A stretch of 64,000 bases of DNA, taken from the sequence record MG655267.1, one strand, 5' to 3'. The translations under genes and the position numbers were made by a program. Under the pieces are notes generated by a model, which was not told the DNA's origin, made no database searches, and worked only from the letters and a program-made list of their open reading frames with translations. The stretch's first letter is position 1, and every line of letters starts with the position of its first letter. This document shows, piece by piece, positions 17,792 through 26,511 of this stretch.

Positions 17792-18091
17792 ATGCAAAAC
17801 AATGACGATGTGGTGCCGATGCACTATAACCACAACGTGGACATGAATAACCCGCTCGACGTGGATGAAGAGGCGTTAAAGGTTCGCTTCGCCGCGCGCC
17901 TGTGCAGCTTCCTTGATCTTGCCGAGCAACTGAATAAGGATGACTTAACCCAAAACGATATCAGTCAGTTCACCGTCGGTATCGTAAACTTAGTGTGTGA
18001 CTCAATGGGCAGTAGTCCCAAACGAGACCTTTACAGGAGACAGATGGTTGACAAACTTGAACCTGTTCTGTCGAGGCATCTGATTAAATAG
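17792..18091 (+). CDS. Hypothetical protein
   Basis: GGAG SD 8 nt before ATG; 99 aa. Confidence 0.7.
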   Translation: MQNNDDVVPMHYNHNVDMNNPLDVDEEALKVRFAARLCSFLDLAEQLNKDDLTQNDISQFTVGIVNLVCDSMGSSPKRDLYRRQMVDKLEPVLSRHLIK

Positions 18092-18135
18092 TCGGAGGCG
18101 TGACGGAACGCGACTACATTGCAGTATAAAAGGAT

Positions 18136-18918
18136 ATGGCTATGACGTTCGAAAAAGAAGGGGACACGTTGCACATTGTGCGACTGAGAACCAAAGGCTG
18201 GTACCACATGACGGTAACCAGCGATCCTGATGCGAGTATGGATATCGTTAACACGAACTTACGTCAGGGCACTTTTACTGATCCACTTTTACAACACCAG
18301 TACGACATCTGTAAAAAAGAGATGGGGCAAGATCCCAATCCAAATGACATCGTTTTCCACCAGTTCGTGACCACGCCAGACCAGACCGGATATCAGTCTG
18401 GCCACTGGATGATTCGTGATCACATTCGCCACGGCTATTCACTGAAGTGCCTGACTAACATCGGTGACTGGCTTTCGACCGCAGCCTATCTTTATATCCC
18501 AGACCCTGATGATAAAGAGAGTGGTGAGAGAAAATACAAAGTAACTGACTTAGGCAAGTATCTCGACAAGGAAGAGTTGTTGGGTCACTCCGACCACCTG
18601 CCGATGTATTTCTTGCCTGATGAGGAACCGGGTGACAGCTATGATGAGTTGATTGAAACCCATCGTCTTCCGCAACCTGACAAAGGTTACTCTTGTGTGG
18701 CCATCAAGAACGGTATGTCGTTTAGTTTGCTGACGTACAACAACTCCAAGCGGGTGCTTTCAGAAGAGGAAGAACTGCAAACCACAACCGTCCCAGTCAG
18801 GGCAGATGGTTTGCTGTACAGCTCCGTCTTAGAGTTGGCTATGGCTAAGAACGCCCCAGTCTGGTTTGTCTTGGAGATGTTAACTTCCGAAACCGACCCG
18901 AACTGGCATTTCGTCTAA
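18136..18918 (+). CDS. Hypothetical protein with C-terminal NUMOD1-like HTH; paralogue of 13874..14590
   Basis: AAGGA SD; LTNIGDWL, KVTDLGKYL and GLLYSSVLELAMA. Confidence 0.75.
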   Translation: MAMTFEKEGDTLHIVRLRTKGWYHMTVTSDPDASMDIVNTNLRQGTFTDPLLQHQYDICKKEMGQDPNPNDIVFHQFVTTPDQTGYQSGHWMIRDHIRHGYSLKCLTNIGDWLSTAAYLYIPDPDDKESGERKYKVTDLGKYLDKEELLGHSDHLPMYFLPDEEPGDSYDELIETHRLPQPDKGYSCVAIKNGMSFSLLTYNNSKRVLSEEEELQTTTVPVRADGLLYSSVLELAMAKNAPVWFVLEMLTSETDPNWHFV

Positions 18919-19006
18919 CCGAGATTGGCTGTGGGGAATCCTATGCAATTGCAAAGTGTAGAGAGAACCACGGCCAATCGTAAGCTGTATCATAAGGAGA
19001 GAGATT

Positions 19007-20587
19007 GTGAGTGAAGCTAACCAGAACATCGTAGAAAGCTACGACGACCTGCCGAAGAACGCGCAGAAAGGTGATCGCTATACCGTGCGTGAAGACGCGA
19101 TCGTTTACGAACTCCAGGAAGATGGTTCTTGGAAAGACGTAGACATCAACGAACAGGTTGATCAGGAAAACGAAGAGCAGGCGCAGACCGAAGATGGTCA
19201 GCAGTCTGACACCGGCGCAACTGATCAACCTGCCTCTGATGAAGAGGGCGATGCCGATTCGTCTAAAACTGCAGCTACCGATGAAGAAGACCAGGTAGAT
19301 GACAACGGCGATGACAAGCAGACTCCGGCTGAAGAGAAGCAGGAAGAAGCAGCGCAGGCGGTTGATGAAACCCAACCACGTGATGACCCTTACGTACGAG
19401 GAGCGAACAGCGATGCCAATCCGGCACAACCTGAAGATGCGAATCAAACGCAAGATCAGACTGACGAAGCAGGACAAACTCCTGATTCTTCTGACGATAC
19501 CAACGCGCAGCAGGAAAGCACTGATGGCGTTGCGACGCAGGATGCGAAAGAGCAGGCTAACATCCCGGAAGGGGTAGATCCTGAAGAAGCGCAACCTGAC
19601 AACCAACCGCTGGCAGTAGCGCCAGTTGAGCAACCCCCTGTCCAGCACGAAGCGGTCGCGGTTGATCCTAACGCTGACCAGCCATCACCTGAAGCGCGTC
19701 CAGACAGCAAGATCGAAGAAGCAGCTGAACTGAACGCACAGAAAGAAGATGCGGCTCGTGATGAGATCGCTGAAGCCGGTGCCGATGCGCAAGCTGCGAC
19801 CTCTGCTGAGCAGACTGACGCTGGCAAAGCCAAAGAAGACGCACAGGCTGAAGGCCAGTTGCCGAACGATGGTGCTGCTGATGATGTCGCCGCTGGTAAA
19901 CCACGTAATGACCAGACCTACACCGAAGATCAGAAAGCAGCGAACACGCCAGCTCCTGAAATCGTGCAGGCTCAGGAAAACCATACGTCAGAGCCTGATC
20001 CGGTAGTTAGCCAGGAAGAGACCCATGTGCAGAACGCCACGGACCCTGACCAGCCGACTATCATCCCGCAGGAAGCGAAGTCTGAATCACTGGCGCATCA
20101 AGCTGCCGATCCAACGCAGGAAACTGTGTTTGTTAAGCAGGATGAAAACCTGGACCCGGAAGTGCGTGTGCTGCAACAGCGCATCGAAGAGTACATCAGC
20201 AACATGGGTGTGAACGGTAAGCACGATCGCCGTGACGGTCCGAAGTATCAGGCTCGCCTGTACAAAGACCTGCACTCCATCATGGCGCTGGAGCCAGTGA
20301 AGTTCAAGCAAGTGATGGACTACCTGCTGAACCGTGTGTATGAAGAACGTGCCGGTGCTTTCTCTGACACCTATACGCGCCGTTACTTCGATCAGCTGTC
20401 ACCGATGCACATGCAGACCGATCGCGTGCGTGAGTTTGACAACATCCTGTCGCTGGTAACCACTGTGGGTCATTCCAAAAACCGCAGTCGTGCCCTGCAG
20501 CAGGTTGATCTGCAGCGCGCCCTGAAGAACATTCAGGATGCCGGGAAGCAGCAGCGTATGGCAGCGTACTTTGATGCTCTGCGTTAA
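19007..20587 (+). CDS. Large acidic protein: N-terminal beta-knob, long D/E/Q/A/P-rich disordered region, helical C-terminal domain
   Basis: AAGGAG SD + GTG; composition seen directly; about 130 aa C-terminal globular domain. Confidence 0.82.
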   Translation: MSEANQNIVESYDDLPKNAQKGDRYTVREDAIVYELQEDGSWKDVDINEQVDQENEEQAQTEDGQQSDTGATDQPASDEEGDADSSKTAATDEEDQVDDNGDDKQTPAEEKQEEAAQAVDETQPRDDPYVRGANSDANPAQPEDANQTQDQTDEAGQTPDSSDDTNAQQESTDGVATQDAKEQANIPEGVDPEEAQPDNQPLAVAPVEQPPVQHEAVAVDPNADQPSPEARPDSKIEEAAELNAQKEDAARDEIAEAGADAQAATSAEQTDAGKAKEDAQAEGQLPNDGAADDVAAGKPRNDQTYTEDQKAANTPAPEIVQAQENHTSEPDPVVSQEETHVQNATDPDQPTIIPQEAKSESLAHQAADPTQETVFVKQDENLDPEVRVLQQRIEEYISNMGVNGKHDRRDGPKYQARLYKDLHSIMALEPVKFKQVMDYLLNRVYEERAGAFSDTYTRRYFDQLSPMHMQTDRVREFDNILSLVTTVGHSKNRSRALQQVDLQRALKNIQDAGKQQRMAAYFDALR

Positions 20588-20600
20588 TTGATCATTTGAT

Positions 20601-20652
20601 CAGCATAAGGAGAGGCCTCGCGCCTCTCCTGTTTATGCCGTCTTTTTTTTTT
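20601..20652. terminator. Bidirectional terminator
   Basis: CAGCATAA + AGGAGAGGC-CTCGC-GCCTCTCCT + GTTTATGCCG + T10, between convergent genes. Confidence 0.82.
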
Positions 20653-21154
20653 ACACTAAAATGCCGTTAAAGGCCACCGGGTCATTAGCCAGGAATGGAT
20701 TGTACCGAACCACGGACCCTAATGTGTAATCGTAATAGATGAAATCCAAGCATTGCGCACCCTGGTAGGTAGTCCATGACTTTGATAGATAACCATTGCG
20801 ATCTAACGCAACGTAAGCTGGGCGGCTTGACAACGGAGTAAACTTCATCAACACTTGTGGCTGGTTGTTGAGGTTGTTTGTAAATACAGGCAGGGAAGGA
20901 TGCGCATGCCTTGCAATGGAGCACAACCAAGAGTCGTAGGTAAACCACTCTTTATACGGCGTGCCGTACATGTTGTTGGATGTGTTCAATGTAGTATTAA
21001 CATATTTACCGGCATTGGCGGACATGCTGGTAGTCGCGTTCGCTACCTTCGTATATTTGGCGGCATTGGCCGCAAGCCACGCCTCGAATTGCGCATAGGT
21101 CATCTTAGTACCTATCTGTGGCTGTGACTTACTGCCCATTAACATCTCTAACAT
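20651..21154 (-). CDS. Putative virion/tail-associated protein, MLE(L/M)LM family
   Basis: CAGGAG SD; clear paralogue of 21167..21676 (GTPY, IARHA, RNGY, DFIYYD shared). Confidence 0.72.
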   Translation of the reverse strand: MLEMLMGSKSQPQIGTKMTYAQFEAWLAANAAKYTKVANATTSMSANAGKYVNTTLNTSNNMYGTPYKEWFTYDSWLCSIARHAHPSLPVFTNNLNNQPQVLMKFTPLSSRPAYVALDRNGYLSKSWTTYQGAQCLDFIYYDYTLGSVVRYNPFLANDPVAFNGILV

Positions 21155-21166
21155 GGTAACTCCTGA

Positions 21167-21676
21167 TTAGATCAACACCCCGTTAAACGGTACCGGTGTG
21201 CCGCCATTTAACGGAGTCCACCGCATCACAACACCCTGGGTATTGTCGTAGTAAATAAAGTCAAGCACAGTACGACCGTTAAATGATCCGTAAGACAAGC
21301 TGGTGTAACCGTTACGATTGAGGCCTGAATAGGCACTTTTGGTAACATAAGGTCCAAGCTTCATTAAACAAAACTGTTTATTCGCCAACATGTAATCAAA
21401 CATCGTTTGTGCCGGACACGCATGTCGTGCGATCCTTGCCCAAGTTGAATCGTGAGTACAGGAGTTTAAATAGGGAGTACCCCACATGTTACCGCCATCA
21501 GCCGTCATGGAGATCCTGGCATAGCCGTTCGTAAACGTGGTGGACGAAGGGGTGCCTGTATTCGACGCTGCACTGACCGCACTGTACTTAGTGGTATTGG
21601 TATTTAACCAAGTAACAAAATCCGCATAGCTCATCTTTACAGTTTTCTTGCCAGCGTACATTAATAACTCGAGCAT
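21167..21676 (-). CDS. Putative virion/tail-associated protein, MLE(L/M)LM family
   Basis: GAGGTGGAG SD; tandem paralogue of 20651..21154. Confidence 0.72.
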   Translation of the reverse strand: MLELLMYAGKKTVKMSYADFVTWLNTNTTKYSAVSAASNTGTPSSTTFTNGYARISMTADGGNMWGTPYLNSCTHDSTWARIARHACPAQTMFDYMLANKQFCLMKLGPYVTKSAYSGLNRNGYTSLSYGSFNGRTVLDFIYYDNTQGVVMRWTPLNGGTPVPFNGVLI

Positions 21677-21746
21677 AACTCCACCTCAAAATAAAATCCC
21701 GTTAGCAAGGGTTCTGGTTCTCTAATACATGACTTATAGGATTTAG

Positions 21747-21777
21747 CCGGCATAACGGAGCAGGCAACGCCTACTCC
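21747..21777 (-). terminator. Hairpin + TTATGCCG element on minus strand
   Basis: Minus strand reads GGAGTAGGC-GTT-GCCTGCTCC-GTTATGCCGG. Confidence 0.65.
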
Positions 21778-21817
21778 TGAATCCTGGTGTGAATAACGGT
21801 TGGTCGATTGGGGTATT

Positions 21818-22795
21818 TTAACCCGCTGTAGTTTGATCTGGGTAACCTCGACCTGTCCCCCAGACAATACGAACAATACCATCAGCACCACTACCTAACA
21901 AACTGGTGCCGTCACTCTTGTACTGACTTGCCCCGCCGCCTCCTGCACCCCCGCCTGGAATCGCGGTAGGTATCCCCGCCCCTGATCCTGGCATATCCTT
22001 GATACGTCCTGTCGATTTAATTCCCCCACCACCTCGACCAGTATAGATCTTGGTAGTGCCTTGGGTCGTCAGGGTAACATTCCCACCATAACCCGCTCCC
22101 GTATCCGCAGGGTTAGTGGGGGTTGCGCCATAAGCACATCCTGCGCCGCCATCGCCCATGTAACCGCCTGCACCGCCACCGCCGACCGCACGTGTCGTTA
22201 ATGACCCGGTGCCACCCTTTCCACCTGTACCACCCCCAACAATAGGTTTGGTAGCAGGGTTCTGGATAGGGTTGTTCGCGATCCCGGCTAACACACCGCC
22301 GACGACATTTAACAGCCCGCCGACCAAACCGCCTACTAATCCCCCTACTATATCCACCAATACCAGATCCAGGAGATTACCGGAAAGTCCATTCGACTGC
22401 GGCATGACGGTAACTGCCGTGTTACCGGATGCGTCCTCCCCGCCACCCACTGCTTTTAACAGATAGGTGCCATTACGCGCTATCCCGGAGAAAGACCCTT
22501 TATTCGCCGTGAAGGCGGTTTTAACGGGTGTTGGTGTACCAATCCCACCTTGCCCTACCACAACCGTCATCTTCTCACCAGGAGTCACAGGGATCGCATT
22601 ACGATAACGTAACGTCCCGCCATTCCCGCCGGTGTGTACAAGGGTAGTGCTACTGGCTGATTGCCCACCCCCTACTGCGACGGCACTCATGCTCGTTGCC
22701 CCTTCTGGCACAATCAGTTCGTACACCCCCGCCTTTGTGAAGAGCGTCTCTAGGGGTAACTTAATGTGTGTCTTGTTTAACAATAACCCAATCAT
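21818..22795 (-). CDS. Glycine-rich tail-fibre/adhesin-like protein
   Basis: YELIVPEGATSMSAVAVGGG and GGGGAGGY...GADGIVRIVWG are typical Gly-rich phage fibre motifs. Confidence 0.75.
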   Translation of the reverse strand: MIGLLLNKTHIKLPLETLFTKAGVYELIVPEGATSMSAVAVGGGQSASSTTLVHTGGNGGTLRYRNAIPVTPGEKMTVVVGQGGIGTPTPVKTAFTANKGSFSGIARNGTYLLKAVGGGEDASGNTAVTVMPQSNGLSGNLLDLVLVDIVGGLVGGLVGGLLNVVGGVLAGIANNPIQNPATKPIVGGGTGGKGGTGSLTTRAVGGGGAGGYMGDGGAGCAYGATPTNPADTGAGYGGNVTLTTQGTTKIYTGRGGGGIKSTGRIKDMPGSGAGIPTAIPGGGAGGGGASQYKSDGTSLLGSGADGIVRIVWGTGRGYPDQTTAG

Positions 22796-22851
22796 GCATC
22801 ATCCTTCTAGAATGAGTACCTTGACGACCTACTCGCGTCATAGCATTCCAG

Positions 22852-22875
22852 CCGGCATAAGGGAGTGGATACCCT
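22852..22875 (-). terminator. Hairpin + TTATGCCG element after the DNA polymerase subunit
   Basis: Minus strand reads AGGG-TATCCACT-CCCT-TATGCCGG. Confidence 0.5.
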
Positions 22876-22904
22876 GACCGTAGCCAAGGTGTCCACGTGG
22901 TGCG

Positions 22905-24626
22905 TCAAGCCGCAGCCATGAAATCGATCTCGATGTGTTTTTCTACCATAAAGTCTTTCAGTAACGTAATGGTCTCAGGTGCTTTGTACAACTTACGTGC
23001 AAGTTCACCGGCATTGTTCATACCACCGGCTGCCAGGTTTACTGCTACCTGACGATACTCCGTATCATCCAATCCTTCGATCTGGGTCATCTCAATCCAG
23101 GTGGTTTGTTTCCCCACATTCATGATGACCGTACCGGTCGGGTATGCTCCTTCTACGTCGATGTCGTTCGTACCTGTTCGCACATAGGACTTGACATTCG
23201 GCAGTTCTTTAAACATCGCTTTGCCGTTTAAAGCAACCAGCTCTGTTGGCAGCATGACGATCCAGCCACCCAGCCCCTGAATGTGATCATCCAGTTCGGT
23301 ACGCATCTGATCTGATGTAGTACCCCAGATATACCCTTCTTTCATTACATCGTAATGCATCGCCTCAGCGATACGTGTCGGCTGCGATATAAAGTTACGG
23401 TAGTCTGACACCCCGCAGAACGTTGGAACCGCTACAGAGAGATCTGAGGTCTTCTCGTCCATCATTTCAACCACGATGCAGTCGAAGATGTTATACATCA
23501 CATATTCGTACTTGTAGTTGCTCTGCATGAACTCATGCCAGTCTGCCCCGTGGTACCCTTCAGCTTCACTGAACTTCATCTTGGTCACACCGAGTACTTT
23601 CTCAGCGATGTTATCCAGTTTGTAGTTCAGCTCTTTACCGTTCATGGTACGCAGGTAGTAATAGGCTGACATCGATTCAGCCCAACGGAACGACGCAGGG
23701 GCATTGACGTAAGGCCACTTCTCATAGTTAGCTAATGATGTCTTGGTGACTTCTTTGCCATCATTTTTTACTTTGTGGGTTTTGCCCTCGTAGTAATAAA
23801 CGTTACGGTACTCTTGGGGTACCGAGGGATCGCAAATAACGTCAGCAGGGTTGATGCCGGCATTAGTTAATGTTTGGGTGAGAACCTTGTAGTCGAACTC
23901 GAGCACGTTCCAGCCAGTGATGAAATCGGGCATCCACTCATGGGCGCGTTCAAACAGTTTGACAAAGCCATCTGCAGCACTGTCAACCAACACGAACTCT
24001 GGGTTGGTGATGCTGCGTTTGGTTGCCCACTCGCCCAGGTATTTATCCCAGGCCAGTTTCAGCTTCTGATGAATACGTTCATCCGCTTCCCCGCCAAAGT
24101 AGCGACGGATCACAAAGGTAAAGGTGCGTTCTTTAAAGGTTAAGGATGCCATGATCGGCTCACCCTTATACCGCTCGTCTACCATTTCGGTTTCGATATC
24201 GAACACACTGATTTTGTACGGAGTAAAGGTATCAGGAAACTTCGCTTCGTACATCGCTTTGACAATCGAGGAGGGTTCGATGTCAGCGCCATACACGTAC
24301 GGACTGCGACATACCCGACGCAGTTGCTGATCGGTGGCACCTTTTCCCAACATCTTTGAGATGTGGTTAGGAAGATCCCACTGCGGGCAACTGAACTTCT
24401 GCAGCTTGGACAGCTCTTCGTAATCTTTCTTATCCTGGTGATTGCGGTACGCCGGTTTGGTGAGGTAGTAATCACGCTTCATGTCTTTGATGATGCGGGT
24501 GTGGGGTTTGCTGTTCCCGTTCTCGTCAATCACATTCTCTTTCACGAAGATGATGTCTGATTTGCCGCGCAGAGAAAGGGTATAGATCGCGTGCTTGCAT
24601 TCGAAACGAAGGTTATTGCTGCTCAT
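22905..24626 (-). CDS. Split family-B DNA polymerase: exonuclease-containing subunit (phiKZ gp82-like)
   Basis: ExoI VFDIETE, ExoII GWNVLEFDY, ExoIII YNIFDC, and polymerase motif A-like DIDVEGAYPT near the C-terminus. Confidence 0.85.
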   Translation of the reverse strand: MSSNNLRFECKHAIYTLSLRGKSDIIFVKENVIDENGNSKPHTRIIKDMKRDYYLTKPAYRNHQDKKDYEELSKLQKFSCPQWDLPNHISKMLGKGATDQQLRRVCRSPYVYGADIEPSSIVKAMYEAKFPDTFTPYKISVFDIETEMVDERYKGEPIMASLTFKERTFTFVIRRYFGGEADERIHQKLKLAWDKYLGEWATKRSITNPEFVLVDSAADGFVKLFERAHEWMPDFITGWNVLEFDYKVLTQTLTNAGINPADVICDPSVPQEYRNVYYYEGKTHKVKNDGKEVTKTSLANYEKWPYVNAPASFRWAESMSAYYYLRTMNGKELNYKLDNIAEKVLGVTKMKFSEAEGYHGADWHEFMQSNYKYEYVMYNIFDCIVVEMMDEKTSDLSVAVPTFCGVSDYRNFISQPTRIAEAMHYDVMKEGYIWGTTSDQMRTELDDHIQGLGGWIVMLPTELVALNGKAMFKELPNVKSYVRTGTNDIDVEGAYPTGTVIMNVGKQTTWIEMTQIEGLDDTEYRQVAVNLAAGGMNNAGELARKLYKAPETITLLKDFMVEKHIEIDFMAAA

Positions 24627-24726
24627 GATGAATGATAATCCTATGTCAAAACACTACAAAGTGCACCAGTGTTTAATACGCGTTATAACATCAGGCGTGC
24701 AACTACATTTATACAAAGGAGATCAC

Positions 24727-25989
24727 ATGATCCTATCTAGCGGTCTGGAAGCGATTAGCTTTCAAAAGAATCCGCTCTTTTACAAACAGCTGGTTGTCGA
24801 ATTCGGCCGTCTGATGGAACTTGCTAAAGCCAATGGTAAGAAGCGCTTGACCGAAGAGATGATGGCGCAGTCTAACCTGGCAAAAATCACCATGGCGAAC
24901 ACCGGCATCAAAGTCTCGCCTGGGGTGGATACCCGCATGCAGTGTAATGCGTACGTTATGATTCCGAGCATCAACTCCTATCACGTCTTCAATGACCGCA
25001 TGCGTCAGATCTTCTCAGGGTATGCCGAATCGTTTGAGCAGTTTCGTAAAGCCAACGATGTGTTGATTGGGTTGGTTGATCTGCAGAACTCCAAAGTGGG
25101 CGGGGTCTTCTCGACTATTGATCACCGCATCTGTCTGTCGTACGATATGATGACCGACTATGACATGACCCCGGGTGAAGTCGCAGCCATTTACATGCAT
25201 GAAGTCGGCCATGCCTTTACCTTCCTGGAGATGCTGCATTATACCGCTACCACCAACCTGGTGCTGACCGCTGGCATTGAAGCGATCATCAAATCAGAAA
25301 CTTCTCGTAAGCATGTCATCTTAAGTGATATCGAAAACTCCTTAGGGATTAAGATTGATAATAAAGATGAACTGGTCGCTTACGACAAGTATGAAGATTA
25401 TGCTGTCACGATCCTGTCGAAGTACAATCGCACCTTAGCTGCGGCCCTGGGTTCACCGGCACACGATGAATCGATGTCTGAGCAGATGGCAGATATGTTT
25501 GCCACCCGACATGGCGCGGGATTGGATCTGGCGCGGGGATTGTCCCGTATTCACAAATATTACAATTCACCGAAGTTTAAGTTTGCCCGCTATCTGGAGA
25601 TCTTTGTCGGCATCCTGCAGACCATGGGCTTGTCCCTGGTGTTCGATGTGTTGGGAGTAATCGTTGTCCTGACTGTCGGTAACTTCTTTGGTGGGACGTA
25701 TGACCGGGCGAAAGACCGTTTCATCCGCATGCGTAACGAAATCGTGGTCGGCCTGAAAGATGAAGAGATCAGTGCAGCTGACCGCAAACTCTTGATCAGT
25801 CATATCGCCGAGCTGGACAAGATCATTGCCCAGGCCAAAAACGAAAGCTCCTTTGTCGAGCAGTTGTCTCTGGTGGTGCGCGCCAGCCAGCGTGAGCGTT
25901 ATGCCAGCAAGTACCTGCAAAAGGATCTTGAAGCCCTTCTTAATAATCCGCTCTATGTCAGTGCGGCCAAACTGAAAACATTGCAATAA
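24727..25989 (+). CDS. Virion head protein with zincin HEXXH motif and hydrophobic helices
   Basis: AAGGAG SD before ATG 24727; SGLEA cleavage-type site; IYMHEVGHAF; EQMADMFA; hydrophobic stretch in the C-terminal third. Confidence 0.75.
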   Translation: MILSSGLEAISFQKNPLFYKQLVVEFGRLMELAKANGKKRLTEEMMAQSNLAKITMANTGIKVSPGVDTRMQCNAYVMIPSINSYHVFNDRMRQIFSGYAESFEQFRKANDVLIGLVDLQNSKVGGVFSTIDHRICLSYDMMTDYDMTPGEVAAIYMHEVGHAFTFLEMLHYTATTNLVLTAGIEAIIKSETSRKHVILSDIENSLGIKIDNKDELVAYDKYEDYAVTILSKYNRTLAAALGSPAHDESMSEQMADMFATRHGAGLDLARGLSRIHKYYNSPKFKFARYLEIFVGILQTMGLSLVFDVLGVIVVLTVGNFFGGTYDRAKDRFIRMRNEIVVGLKDEEISAADRKLLISHIAELDKIIAQAKNESSFVEQLSLVVRASQRERYASKYLQKDLEALLNNPLYVSAAKLKTLQ

Positions 25990-26002
25990 GGATTCATCAG
26001 AA

Positions 26003-26509
26003 ATGATTATTGACGTAGCAGAATTAAAGAAACAGATCGTGTCGGTGCGTTCTATTGCAGAGATCCCAACTACCCTGCGTACTAAACTGATTGAAACCGG
26101 TCTGGCCCGTGCGGTAGCTTATGGTGTTGATCTGCCAAAAGAGCTGGTCGGCAACCCGGTCTCCTATTTCGCCAGCAACGCCACTGATGCTAAGCAGGCA
26201 CTGGCGGTGATCAACGAAACCAACGTGATCAACATCTCCCGTATCCTGTCACTCGCCACCATCATCTGGCAGGCACGCTACAACATGGTTTATCTGCCAG
26301 CCACTCGCGAGTCCATGGAGTTGACTCATCAGGTGTTGTCCGATCAACGCGAATGGTTGTTCGATGCAGAGCAGCAGGATTTCCTGTCAGCGACCATTGG
26401 CGACGGTACTGTGCAAGACAGCCTGAAGCTGGCCCTGTTAAACTTCACCTGCCCGGCTGTGATCAACCCTAACCAGGTAGCACCAGTCACCACCGCTGAC
26501 GAGGAGTAA
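26003..26509 (+). CDS. Probable virion protein
   Basis: AAGGA SD; 168 aa within the structural operon. Confidence 0.72.
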   Translation: MIIDVAELKKQIVSVRSIAEIPTTLRTKLIETGLARAVAYGVDLPKELVGNPVSYFASNATDAKQALAVINETNVINISRILSLATIIWQARYNMVYLPATRESMELTHQVLSDQREWLFDAEQQDFLSATIGDGTVQDSLKLALLNFTCPAVINPNQVAPVTTADEE

Positions 26510-26511
26510 TC

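Noticed and set aside
13874-18918. Active homing endonuclease call for the two HTH paralogues
   Set aside because: Only the C-terminal DNA-binding-like module is recognisable; no HNH, GIY-YIG or LAGLIDADG catalytic motif is present.
18941-19984. Minus-strand ORFs that look like multi-pass membrane proteins (235 aa, 125 aa, 99 aa)
   Set aside because: They are the reverse complement of GAA/GAT/CAG-rich acidic codons, which yields Phe/Ile/Leu runs; the plus-strand gene has a strong SD.
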